Origin: an uncultured Phycisphaerales bacterium
GTDB taxonomy: Bacteria > Planctomycetota > Phycisphaerae > Tepidisphaerales > Tepidisphaeraceae
Reading direction: 5' to 3'
Length of the DNA stretch: 64,000 nucleotides
Assembly (NCBI GenBank): GCA_963758525.1
Contig: CAVWVQ010000003.1
Coordinates: forward strand, 1,632,001-1,696,000
Shown here: positions 53,788-64,000 of the stretch, in pieces
How positions within the stretch are numbered: the first letter of the stretch is position 1
Layout: each line of letters begins with the position of its first letter
Made by a program: the position numbers and the translations under genes
The notes under the pieces: generated by a model
Told to the model about the DNA's origin: nothing
Database searches by the model: none
Seen by the model: the letters and a program-made list of their open reading frames with translations, nothing else

Positions 53788-54942
53788 TTGCGTTTCTCGG
53801 AAAACTTGGGTAACACACGTGCAACTTTTATAAAGAGGTGTACCGAAGAAAAGACGAACTATACGCTTTATTGTGACGAGTCTGGAAATTCCGGGCCCAA
53901 CTACTTAGACCAAGGCCAACCTGTCCACATCCTCGCGGGGATAGCAGTTCCGGCATCCGCTCAAAGCGCGTACCGCGCAGCCTTAGACGATCTTAAAACC
54001 CAGCGCCCGCAAGCGAGCGAGCTTCACGGTGTTGATATTATGAAATCTGGCTCAGGCCAGCGGGGCATTCTGCGCTTTTTGACGTCCGCTTTTTCAGTTG
54101 GATGTCTTCCGATCTGGACGGCTGCGGACAAACGCTACTGCGTTGCCGCGAAGATTGTCGAGACATTCATGGACCCTTTTTATAATCCCCAAGCGGTCTG
54201 GCTACCGACCGGAGCGAATGCAGACCGGCAGAATATCGCACACGTATTCTATGCGTTCGCGGAGCCGCTCTTACGAGAGTTCGCGGATGCCTACCGAAAT
54301 CCGACCGCTTCAACTCTGGAGAAATCCGCTAGATCCCTATGGATGGCGGCGCGATTGAACGGCATGCAGTTTCTCGCGGATACCCTTAAGGGCGCCATCA
54401 GGAATATCGAAGAGATCGCGGCAGCGGAGCAAAGCGGAGAAATCGCTGGGAAGCACTTCCTTTGTATTAGCCTCAATCTGCCGGTCTTTGTTCAGTTCAT
54501 GAGCAACGCCGACCGCCTCCTCGGCGACATCGGTGCTGACGATGCCCAGATCGTTCACGATCAGACGACAGAGTTCGAGCCAGCTTTTCGGTGGGCATTC
54601 TCGACGTTCATCGCCGCGAAGAGTGAAGCATCTATTAAGCTCCAAAACGGTACGGTTGTGTACTTTGGATTAGATCGACTGAAGCATTTTCGCACGGGCG
54701 ATTCCGTGGCAGAACCGGAGATTCAAGGAGCCGATCTACTAGCGGCGGCGCTCCGCACCATTTTCGTTTCGCTCGTCACGGGAAGGCCGCTCGCAACAGA
54801 AGTTAGCGACATAGCGCGGTTGATCTTGGGTCAACGCCCACAATCTCAGGAAGGCAACTTTTGGATCATGGGATCTGAAAAGCTCTGGCGGAGCTTCGCT
54901 CGTTTGTACAACCCGCCGCAAATCGTGACTGGTGCGGCGTGA
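53788..54942 (+). CDS. DUF3800-family protein (long form)
   Basis: YCDESG, ELHG, VHD, DS..PEIQGAD. Start uncertain. Confidence 0.75.
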   Translation: MRFSENLGNTRATFIKRCTEEKTNYTLYCDESGNSGPNYLDQGQPVHILAGIAVPASAQSAYRAALDDLKTQRPQASELHGVDIMKSGSGQRGILRFLTSAFSVGCLPIWTAADKRYCVAAKIVETFMDPFYNPQAVWLPTGANADRQNIAHVFYAFAEPLLREFADAYRNPTASTLEKSARSLWMAARLNGMQFLADTLKGAIRNIEEIAAAEQSGEIAGKHFLCISLNLPVFVQFMSNADRLLGDIGADDAQIVHDQTTEFEPAFRWAFSTFIAAKSEASIKLQNGTVVYFGLDRLKHFRTGDSVAEPEIQGADLLAAALRTIFVSLVTGRPLATEVSDIARLILGQRPQSQEGNFWIMGSEKLWRSFARLYNPPQIVTGAA

Positions 54943-55203
54943 ATTTGCAGCGCTATCGGTAGTCATGTGGACATTGCTCCCCGTCCACCCGAGCGTAAGC
55001 AGCGGCTCTTGCCGCTCTTCCGCCAGCCGCCCAACCTGTTACCATGCTCGCGCCGGTGTGAGTGGCCGGGGATTGTCTCCAATGCTAAACGACGATTGGC
55101 GGCGACTGTCAAGGTTCTCGAATTCTGGCGAGAAGTCTTTCGCGCACTTACGTCGAGAAGAACCAATTCGGGAAAAGCCGTTTCGAGAGGGGCAAAGCTG
55201 CGC

Positions 55204-55833
55204 GTGCCGTTGGATGGCGACTTTGAAACCGTCAAAGTGCTGCCCTTTATTGGGGAAGACTACGGACTAACTCCCCAATTGGGCACACGAATCTTCGTGC
55301 TCGGCGAATCTCATTACAACATTAACGGGGGCCCGCTCCATCGCGCATTCACCAGGGATGTTCTCAGGGACGGTGGCCAAGGTCACGGGTTCTTTACCAA
55401 GGTTGTCGGCTGCTTCTACGGCAGGACGCCAACCCCTGAAATGAGAAGGGGGTTCTGGCGGACGGTCGTTTTCTACAATTTCGTTCAGGAATCGGTCGGC
55501 AACGGTGCGAGAATTCGGCCAACCCCGGATATGTGGGCGCAGGGCGCACCCGCATTGCATGAGGTGCTAACGCTCTGTCGGCCAGGGTTTGTTCTCGTCC
55601 TCGGCAAGGAGCTCTGGGCTAACTTGGGCGCCATTCCCCTTCTCACCGATGGACCAACGATCCGGCTCGGAGACGGACAGAGTCACACCAGCCGACTATA
55701 CAATGATGACGTTCTGTTTTTCGGAATCAAGCATCCAGCCGCTCCGGGCTGGACATACAAGAAGTGGACGCCTTGGGTGCAAGCGGCGATTGTCGAGGCC
55801 GTGAAAGTCAAGCGACACGAGCGAACCCAATAA
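55204..55833 (+). CDS. uracil-DNA-glycosylase-superfamily protein
   Basis: VLGESHY, VFYNFVQ, PGFVLVLGK, IKHPA. Confidence 0.65.
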   Translation: MPLDGDFETVKVLPFIGEDYGLTPQLGTRIFVLGESHYNINGGPLHRAFTRDVLRDGGQGHGFFTKVVGCFYGRTPTPEMRRGFWRTVVFYNFVQESVGNGARIRPTPDMWAQGAPALHEVLTLCRPGFVLVLGKELWANLGAIPLLTDGPTIRLGDGQSHTSRLYNDDVLFFGIKHPAAPGWTYKKWTPWVQAAIVEAVKVKRHERTQ

Positions 55834-56020
55834 TATGGGCCGCAAAACGGACATCACGTGATGTCCCTTCTGCGGCTCTGGCGTGCTGGCCGAGATCGAC
55901 CGGGCGAAGCTCGGTGAGCTGAGGCAGTTCCGGCCGGCCGTGTGGAACGCCGACCTTGCTGCCGAGGCGGTGGCACCCGATTCCGTCACCGCAGTTGCAA
56001 AGAAGTAGTGGAGGTCCGCG

Positions 56021-56927
56021 ATGAACGCGTCTGTCTTCATGCGCATGTCGTCAATTGTAACTGTACACGATCTTCTCGATCCATTGCAGGTCAGCATTCC
56101 AGCAGGCGCAACCGTGCGCGAAGCCGTGGATCGAATCGACACATTGGGCAGCGGTGACAACGCGCACGCCTCGTTGATTCTCGACAACAATCAACCTGTC
56201 GGCTGGATAGTCTACTGGGACGCTCGGTTTGAGTTAGAAGAATCTCCAAACGATCCCATTCGAGACTACATGAAACCGCTTCGTCTGGATCGGTTCGTGA
56301 CGGCAAGCATGCCCGCTCGGAGAGCCTTACAATTACTCACGGCCCACCCGGATGGAGAGACGTGGTTCGTGCTCGACGACAACGAAGTCATCGGCACGAT
56401 TCAGTACGATTCGCTCTTCAAGCCCCCATTCAGGGTCTGCCTCTTCGCGCTGGTGACGGAGTTGGAACAGAGCAGTTTGAACTTGTGTCTCCTGAACGCG
56501 AAAGAGAGCTGGGATTGTCTGCCGCCAGGGCGGCAGGCGAAGGCGATGGAAACGCTCCAGATGCGGCAAAAGAGACGAAAACCTTTCGATCGCGCAGGAA
56601 CGAATTGACTCCATCTCCTTGTATCCGTCCCTCCTGCTGGAATACACGATGTTCATTGACAAGAAGACAATACTGGCGAAGCGCGGCCTCGTCCCTGGAG
56701 TCAGCAACACACAACTGACCGATGTGTTCACAAGCATGGAAGAACTCCGCAACCATTGTGCCCACCCCGATTCGCTCGATGAGCCATTCATTGAGAATCC
56801 CGGCGACCTTCTCCGTCAGGTAACTGCTTGCCATAAGGTGCTGGACATAATCAACGATGAGATGCAGCCCGTGCCGCCGACTGAGCCGGAGGTCGGTGGG
56901 AGCGATAGAAGGAACATCTCTGATTAA
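56021..56927 (+). CDS. CBS-domain plus HEPN-like protein, frameshift near 56570
   Basis: CBS-like N-terminus, TELEQ, C-terminal ELRNHCAHP (RxxxxH). One extra A in caaaag joins the two ORFs. Confidence 0.6.
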
Positions 56928-59019
56928 CCCGTCCTTCGCACTTCGCCCGCCGATAAATATTTTTTCGCCGGTTTTCCGCCGCTCCGGCTGCGCCATCGCA
57001 GATCGGGCGCGCCGGAGGCGTGTAGTGCAGACCTACTTGCTGATCTGCCCCATTGAACCGCCGACCGCGAATCGGTTACATCGCCACGCAGGATGTTTCT
57101 GCGCTGCCACTCACGGAAGAAGAACGGCAAGGCCCATCGCTACTGGAGCGTCGTCGAATCACGCCGGCTCAACGGCGGCGCCGCCGCCCAGCGCCAGGTG
57201 CTCTACCTCGGTGAGATCAACGACAGCCAGCAGGCCGCGTGGCGAAAGACGATCTCGGTCTTCGATGAACGAAGCGGCGAGTCTTGCGAGCTGAGTCTCT
57301 TCCCCGACGACCGGCCGGTTCCCGCCGACGCTCTCGATGCCGTCTCGGTCGTACTCTCGGAGATGAAGCTGCTGCGGCCACGCTGTTTCGGCGACTGCTG
57401 GCTCGGACACCTGCTCTGGCAGGAATTGCATCTCGATCGCTTCTGGCAGGACAAGCTCTGTGCCGATCGCGGCGGCGTGCCGTGGGAGAAAGTGCTCCAG
57501 CTCCTGACCGTCAATCGCCTGTGCGATCCGGGCAGCGAGTTTGCGGTGCATCGCCGCTGGTTCCTCGACAGCGCGATGGACGAATTGCTCGGCCTGGGCT
57601 TCGCCGTCGCCGAGAAGGACCGGCTCTATCGCTGCCTCGACCGCGTGCTGGCGCACAAGGACGAGCTGTGCAGGCATCTTGTCGAGCGGTGGAAGACGCT
57701 GTTCGACGCGAAGTTCGACGTGCTGCTGTACGATCTGACGAGCACCTACTTCGAGGGGGGCTGCGCGACGATCCCCAAGGCGAAGCACGGCTACAGTCGT
57801 GACGGCCGGCCCGACTGCCGGCAGGTCGTCATCGCGCTGGTCGTCACGACCGACGGCTTTCCCCTCGCTTATGAAGTGCTCGCCGGCAACACGCTGGATC
57901 ACTCGACCCTCGGCGGCTTCCTCAAGAAAATCGAGACGCTCTACGGCAAGGCCCGCCGCGTCTGGGTCATGGACCGCGGGATTCCCACCGAGGCGACGCG
58001 CCAGCGCATGCGCGACGAGCGGATCGGCTACCTCGTCGGCACCCCCAAACATCTTTTGAAGAAGATGGAGAAGGATCTGCTCGACAAGCCGTGGGAGCAG
58101 GTGCATGAGGGAATGCGCGTGAAGCTGATGGAACAGGAGGGCGACCTGTTCGTGCTGGCCCAGAGCCGGGATCGGCGCAAGAAGGAGAACGCGATGCGCA
58201 GCCGCAGGCTCAAGGCGCTGCTGAAGGGATTGAATCGCCTGCGGTGTCAGATGATCCCCAGGAAGGGACGGCGGAAAATCACCCGCGATCATCTGCTCCG
58301 CAAGGTTGCGGTGCTGAAGAAAACGGCGGGGCGCATCGCGTCCCTCGTCGCCATCCGCGAGCCGGAGATCTCCCAGGAGGTGAACCGCTCGACGTTCACC
58401 TACACGTTCAATCACGTCGCGTGGCGGCAATCCCTTGAATCCGACGGATCGTATATTCTGCGCGCCTGGCTGCCGTGGGACGACTGCCCGGGCGGGATGG
58501 AGAAGCAGGCGCCGGCGCTGTGGGCGTGGTACATGCAACTGACGCATGTGGAAGAGGCATTCAAGACGCTCAAGAGCGATCTTCACCTGCGCCCGATCCA
58601 TCACCAGCTCGAGCGCCGCGTCGAGTCGCACATCCTGGTGGCGTTCCTGGGCTACTGCCTGCAGGTGACGCTGCGTCGCAAACTTCTGCAACACGCCCCC
58701 GGCCTCACGCCGCGTGAGGCGCTGGCAAGCCTGGGCGCGATCAAATTGGTGGACGTTCACTTTCCGACGACGGACGGGCGGACGCTGATCCTGCCGCGGT
58801 TCACGGAGCCCGAGGCACAGCAGCGGATGATCCTGGAGAAGCTGGGCCTGACGCTGCCGCCGCAACCACCGCCGAGGATTCGCGCGGCGGCGGTCGCGAC
58901 CGCCGAGGAAGTTGGCGAGGAGGTCGCAAGCGATTGATTCTGTAGTGCAGACATTGGGGTAAAATTGGCCTTCCCGACCCCGCCATCGCAGGTGCGGGTG
59001 CGAAAGTGCGAAGGACGGG
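56928..59019 (+). mobile_element. IS1634-family insertion sequence
   Basis: Terminal IRs cccgtccttcgcactt / aagtgcgaaggacggg, TTAA on both sides, internal tgtagtgcagac at 57021 and 58941. Confidence 0.88.
57093..58937 (+). CDS. IS1634-family DDE transposase
   Basis: LYDLTSTYFEG, GYSRDGRPD, VMDRG, VEEAFKTLKSDL..RPIHH. Confidence 0.92.
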   Translation: MFLRCHSRKKNGKAHRYWSVVESRRLNGGAAAQRQVLYLGEINDSQQAAWRKTISVFDERSGESCELSLFPDDRPVPADALDAVSVVLSEMKLLRPRCFGDCWLGHLLWQELHLDRFWQDKLCADRGGVPWEKVLQLLTVNRLCDPGSEFAVHRRWFLDSAMDELLGLGFAVAEKDRLYRCLDRVLAHKDELCRHLVERWKTLFDAKFDVLLYDLTSTYFEGGCATIPKAKHGYSRDGRPDCRQVVIALVVTTDGFPLAYEVLAGNTLDHSTLGGFLKKIETLYGKARRVWVMDRGIPTEATRQRMRDERIGYLVGTPKHLLKKMEKDLLDKPWEQVHEGMRVKLMEQEGDLFVLAQSRDRRKKENAMRSRRLKALLKGLNRLRCQMIPRKGRRKITRDHLLRKVAVLKKTAGRIASLVAIREPEISQEVNRSTFTYTFNHVAWRQSLESDGSYILRAWLPWDDCPGGMEKQAPALWAWYMQLTHVEEAFKTLKSDLHLRPIHHQLERRVESHILVAFLGYCLQVTLRRKLLQHAPGLTPREALASLGAIKLVDVHFPTTDGRTLILPRFTEPEAQQRMILEKLGLTLPPQPPPRIRAAAVATAEEVGEEVASD

Positions 59020-59131
59020 TTAACAGTCAGAGATTTCCCGTGCATCAGTTTGTTAACTCTTTCGACCGCGCGGGCTCCGCCCCGCATTTACCGTGAAGCA
59101 TGGCGAAGCAACGACGCTTCGAGGCGGATTG

Positions 59132-61458
59132 ATGAGAAAACGCAAGAACAGCGGCCAAGGCAGGCGACGTTCGTCCAGGAAACGGAAGGTGCCGACCGGC
59201 CCCGTTTTCTTTGAGCATCCGTTCGCCCGCGTCCCACGTGAGAGGCTTATTCCCATTTTGGTTGAGCACGCGAAGCGGTCGAAGTCGCGATTTCGTGAGT
59301 GCGTAAACGAGACGCTTGCCATCCTGAGCTCCAACGACCCGTTGCAGACGATCACTATGCTCGCTGTCTATGGGCTGTTTGGAGGGATCGCCTCCGATGG
59401 AACGATCACCGCGTTCTCAAAGGACGGTGGATTCAGCCAGGCTCATGTAGAGCTGGTACAGGCGCTTGCCCTAACGCTCCCGTCGGAATGCTTCGGGAGC
59501 GGCCCTCCGCATGCGGCGACGATTCAAAAGCTGTTCGAGCTGCTTCCATCGCTTAGCAAGTCGTTTGCCCACCAGCGAATGGCCGTCATGGAGGAGGACC
59601 GCCCTGCCGAGCAAAAGGCTGTCACTCTCATACAAGAACTCCTGCGCATGCACACGCAGAGCGTCCGCAATTGGGGGTTTTTCGACAAGGTAAGTCGAAT
59701 CGCCCTTGAGCTCCACAAGCCGCTCGACCGCGGCTTCATCGAACACGTTGGAATCGGTGCCACCCAAATCATCGCCGCGTTCGTCTTTCTCGTGCGCAAT
59801 AGCGAAGAAAACGTCAATAGAAAACGGAAGCCGCTGGGCCGGGTGCTGAAGAAGCGCAGCGTCAACGGAATAATCCGGGAGTTCTACAAACTCAATCCAC
59901 AACTTCAGGACTCGCCAGAGGATCTTATCGCCGTCGCCCGGCTGCAGAAATTCGGCGTTGACCAAACGAAAGCGTTGATAATCGCGTACTGCGATTTTTG
60001 TCTGCCCGACGCGTTCATTGTTTCCGCCGCATCGATGGCCTCCGTTGTGGGAGCGCCGGAAGGGCCAATGGCAAGCGTATTGAAGATGCTAAGCCTCGCG
60101 CCGGGCGAACTCTCATCGCACAACCCTGAGCACTTGCTACTAGACAATCCGGTCTGGCGGAAGCCATTGATTGATCTTGGCAATGGCAGGTATTTCTGCG
60201 CAATGCCGCAGATGTTTTTTAGCTTCCTTCGACCAATTCTCGACGGCTTGGTGGGCGACAACCAGTCGCTCATGCGCGATGGCAATGATCGTCGGGCGGG
60301 GTTTTTGGAAACCGAGCTCGCTCGACTTTTCGCAACTGCCTTCCCAGGCGCTGAGATCGTCGCTGGATTTCGTTGGAAAGACGGCGACACAGAGTATGAG
60401 AATGACCTCATCGTGAGGGTTGATTCGCATTTGATCCTTATTGAAGCGAAATCTGGAGCAATCTCGTGGCCAGCCCTTCGGGGCGCTCCTGAGAGAGCAA
60501 AGCATCACGTCCAGGATTTATTCCTCGCACCTTCCAAGCAGTCGGCGCGCCTGGCCGAGCGAATTACGGCGGTCGCACGCGATCCGGATCTGCGCGCTCG
60601 TATTTACCTGATTTGAATGTGCGCATTGACCAAGTGCGCACAATTCTCCGGCTTTCGGTGACGCTCGAAGACTTTGCCATGACGCAGTCAAATCTAACGG
60701 TATTGCAGAACACGGGTTGGATTCCTCAAGGTCACGCGTTGGCACCGTGTATTCTATTGACTGACCTTGAAGTTATCTTCGACGTGCTTGAGCGTACGGG
60801 ACAGAAGATCCATTACCTTCGACGGCGAGTAGAAATTGGCGAGAACGTAGCGTCGATGGGCGACGAACTGGATCACCTCGGTTTCTACCTCGCGACCGGC
60901 TTCAATATTAACGACGGGGAGTTCGCCGGAGCACAGCTTCATCTGATCGGCATGTCCAAAGAGATTGACCAATATTACGCCGCGTACGCCGAAGGCATAG
61001 TAGGGAAAAAACCGCGTCTCCGCCTCAGCAAATGGTGGTCTGACATTTGCGCGACGCTAGAACAGCGGCAGTTCTATCAGTGGACGGACGCCAACAATAT
61101 TCTTCTGAGCTTATCGTTGGGAGAGCAGAAAAGAGCAGAAACGATGTTCCGAAAAGTGAAGGCGAATGTCCTCGCAAACTGGAAAGATCCCTCGCATCAG
61201 TGCTCCGTGATGGTGATACCCGACCGCCGAAAGTCGGATGCCGTAGCGCTTTACGCCTTTCGTGACGCCGACAGCGGCAACAGGCGAGAGCGCATGGAAT
61301 CGGTGGCCTCACAAGTGTTCGCCCACGCCCACGTCGCCAGATGCCTTGTCCTGGGAATCAACATCGACGCGGCGAGCTACCCGTACGGTACGTTGATGGT
61401 CTTTTTTGCTGGCGATGATTCCCCCCAATCGCGCGCCGAGGATCTGGTCGTTTACTAA
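59132..61458 (+). CDS. large protein with NERD/PD-(D/E)xK-like nuclease motif, probable frameshift near 60605
   Basis: ENDLIVRVDSHLILIEAKSG. ORF 60613-61458 is open back across the junction. Confidence 0.6.
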
Positions 61459-61723
61459 AACCTGTTACGACGCCTCGTTCTACTCCAACGCGGAGCCGCA
61501 AGAGGGACATGACTGATTCCGCTGAGTTGTTCTTAGAATCTACCCCGCGGCGAACACGCTATCTTGGAGAGAACCGGCCTGTGGCGTACGCTGCTTCATT
61601 CAGTTCAGGGACCGAAAACGAAGTCAGTTGAGCAGGCGAACGGCGGGACGGGATACCAGTGCCGAGGAGAACGGCACATAATCGCTGACGCCCGACGGCT
61701 GGACCTCGAAGAAATGAGGGGGC

Positions 61724-62518
61724 ATGTACCTGATGTATGTCGATGACAGCGGCGACTGCGGCATGCCCGCCGACGGGTCGCCGTCCAACTTATTCTGCCT
61801 GTCCGGTCTGGTCGTGCATGAACTTCGCTGGCGCGACACGCTCGACGACATTGCGGGCTTTCGTCGATGGCTGTGGTCAAAATACAAGATCAACATAGAG
61901 GATGAGATTCACGCTGCGGACATGATCAATAAGCCGTCGAAAGTGGCGCCATCGTTCCAAGTGCTCTCGAAGCATCAGCGACTGGCTGTGATCAGGAACT
62001 TCGCCGACGCGATCGCTGCGTTGTCCGATATCAGCATCATCAATGTGGTGGTGAATAAGCGATCCGGACGAGTGCCGAACAAGGAGGAGGTTTTCCGCTG
62101 GGCGTGGTACTCCCTGTTCCAGCGCTTTGAGAACACCATTCGCTATCAGAATTTCCCAGGGCCGAAGAATGCCGATGATCGAGGCCTTGTTTTTCCGGAC
62201 AACACAGACGGCCAGAAACTGGGGCGGTTTCTCGAACGCATGCGGCTGCGCAACGAGATGAAAGTACGGCAACGCTCCGGATCATTTTTCTACAAGGATG
62301 AGCCAATCCGAGTCATTATCGAAGACCCGATCCTGCGGGATTCGCGCGGGTCGTACTTCATTCAAGCCGCTGACTGCACGGCGTTTCTGTTAAAGCAAAG
62401 CATCGAGCCATCGGCTTACATGAAGAGGCACGGCGGCAATGCGTATTTCAACCGGCTCGACCCGGTGCTCTGCAAGCACGCATCGAACAAAGATCCGAAG
62501 GGCGTGGTACGGCTTTGA
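61724..62518 (+). CDS. DUF3800-family protein (RNase H-like acidic motifs)
   Basis: MYVDDSG, EIHA, FPD, DSRGSYFIQAAD. RBS gagggg. Confidence 0.85.
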   Translation: MYLMYVDDSGDCGMPADGSPSNLFCLSGLVVHELRWRDTLDDIAGFRRWLWSKYKINIEDEIHAADMINKPSKVAPSFQVLSKHQRLAVIRNFADAIAALSDISIINVVVNKRSGRVPNKEEVFRWAWYSLFQRFENTIRYQNFPGPKNADDRGLVFPDNTDGQKLGRFLERMRLRNEMKVRQRSGSFFYKDEPIRVIIEDPILRDSRGSYFIQAADCTAFLLKQSIEPSAYMKRHGGNAYFNRLDPVLCKHASNKDPKGVVRL

Positions 62519-62523
62519 CAGGC

Positions 62524-62592
62524 AAAAAAATGGGGCTCCTTGCGGAGCCCTGGGGGATCCTACAACCCAGATAACCCGGGGTTCAGATCCAC
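62524..62592 (-). ncRNA. candidate small structured RNA convergent on the DUF3800 gene (DUF3800-RNA-motif-like)
   Basis: Multi-stem hairpin GGAUC..AACCCCGG-GUUAU-CUGGGUU..GAUCC, followed by terminator GGGCUCC-GCAA-GGAGCCC and U7. Confidence 0.65.
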
Positions 62593-62596
62593 AATT

Positions 62597-62625
62597 ATTG
62601 TATCACCCTTACATCGGCAAGCCAA
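62597..62625 (-). promoter_or_regulatory. sigma70 promoter for the small RNA
   Basis: TTGGCT-17 bp-TACAAT with extended -10 TG. Confidence 0.55.
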
Positions 62626-62800
62626 CGATGACGCTGAATAATCAGCCGTGACGAATCGTAGGGCCGTGAAGCCTTACGGCGGCGGATCGAGGTGAACCGG
62701 GTTTGCACGGCGCGTACGGAGAGCTGCCCCACGGCTGTCTGGGGAATGCAAGTTGGCGAATCGGGCGGGTTCCATGCCGGTCATGCGTACAGCTTGCCGG

Positions 62801-64000
62801 TCAGGAGGTATTGAGCCGTATCTGGATTTTGGCGGCGCGGGTCGGGTCGGTGGCGTCGGCGGCAATCAGGACGTTGCGGATGCTTTCGGCGAGGCGTCGG
62901 GCCAGATTGGCCAGGGAGCCAAAGAGCTGCTTGGCCTGTCGCGTCAGCAGGCTGCCGCGTTCGACAAGTTGCAGGATCAGATGGGCGATCTGCAACAGGA
63001 TGTAGAAGTTCTTGATCTGCAATGAGCCGATGCTGTAGGCATGCTCCAGGTTGAACCCGCCGTTCTTCTGGAGGTTGAATCCTTCGTTTTCGATTTTCCA
63101 GCGGCACCGTCCTCCGCGGTTGCCCAGGGTCGCAACGCTGTCGGCGTTGACCGACCAGTTGGTGAGCCAGGCAAAGAGGCGGGTTTGGCCGTCGAGCTTT
63201 TCCCGGCACTGGAAGGCGTTGACGCGGTGGCGCCGCTTCTGGTCGTCGACATGTTCCAATTGTCCGACCCAGGCGAAGGTTTGGCGGACGCCGTCGTCGG
63301 TTCTTTGGGTCTTGCGGTTCTTGGGACACATCGCCAGAAGACTCTGATATTCCTGCCAGAAAGCCGGCATCGATCCTTCCTTGAAGGTGATGAAATACTT
63401 CCAGCAGTTTTTACGGCAGATGTCCATCGCCGTGCCGTTGGCGTAGAGGGCGTCGAAACAGAGGCACAGCGACAATTGGGGATAGCTCTTCTTGAGCCGC
63501 TTGGCCAGGCGGGCAAAAGCCTTCAGTTCACAGTCCTGCTTGCTGGCCTTGGGATCGGCATTCTCGACGAACTCGCTTTCCAGGGAGATGGCGAGGCCTT
63601 CGGGGGTGACCAGCTTGGCCTCCAGCACATTGTGGAAATAGAGCGTCGTCTCGCCGTGCTTTTGCTCCAGGCACTGGGGGCAATGACGCTGGTTGAAACG
63701 CAGTTGCCCGGTGCCATCGAAGACCACCAGGAAGTGGCCCATGAGCCGGCCGTTGTCCAGGGCTTTCATGCGGATCAGGCGTTGGACCATTTTCCGCCGC
63801 AGCAGCGGCAAAGACGCCGCGGGCACCCGCCCCAGGAAATAGTTCAGGGTGTCGGAGTGGGCCATCGTCTCCTGCTCTGCGCGGGAGAGCGCATTGAGAT
63901 TGGCCAGCGCCTCGGGCGTGTCCAGCTCAAAACGCAGCCTTCGGCGCGAGCCGAGCTTGAGCAGGAAGAGCATCAGGCCCATCCAGGTCAGGAACCGCCG
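62801..64000 (-). mobile_element. DDE transposase of an IS (family uncertain), continues beyond the window
   Basis: FDGTG, KQDCELKA, DALYA, RWKIENEGFN. Element end probably near 62645-62660. Confidence 0.8.

Noticed and set aside
57159..59087. Long antisense ORFs (642 aa here, also opposite groL, fusA, dnaJ and gpmI)
   Set aside because: These are shadow frames of GC-rich genes on the other strand and show no motifs.

Overview
A GC-rich bacterial chromosome segment, most likely from a Planctomycetota genome (inferred from the groL-groS-groL-dnaJ-grpE operon and the gene and repeat content). It is probably a long-read assembly, because about a dozen genes are split by single-base indels, mostly in homopolymers. 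From left to right: (1) a restriction-modification islet next to the 3' end of tRNA-Arg(TCG), with an amino-MTase, an m5C MTase, a DUF4928-like nuclease and Vsr; (2) core genes: the chaperone operon with a retropepsin-like gene between groL and groS, an EF-G paralogue, argH, a RAYT transposase, an NCS2 permease, a GT4, gpmI, murQ and a probable 6S RNA, separated by many REP-like and short tandem repeats; (3) an accessory block at 36-46 kb with a cobalt thiocyanate-hydrolase/nitrile-hydratase-like operon, TA modules, a catalase and deletion scars; (4) after tilS, a defence-island-like block at 51.6-62.6 kb with an internally deleted MmeI-like gene, PD-(D/E)xK proteins, a UDG-fold protein, a CBS-HEPN protein, IS1634 and two DUF3800 genes. 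The most notable item is a DUF3800 gene facing a convergent structured small RNA of about 68 nt that has its own promoter and terminator. A hyperdivergent patch inside argH is also of interest.
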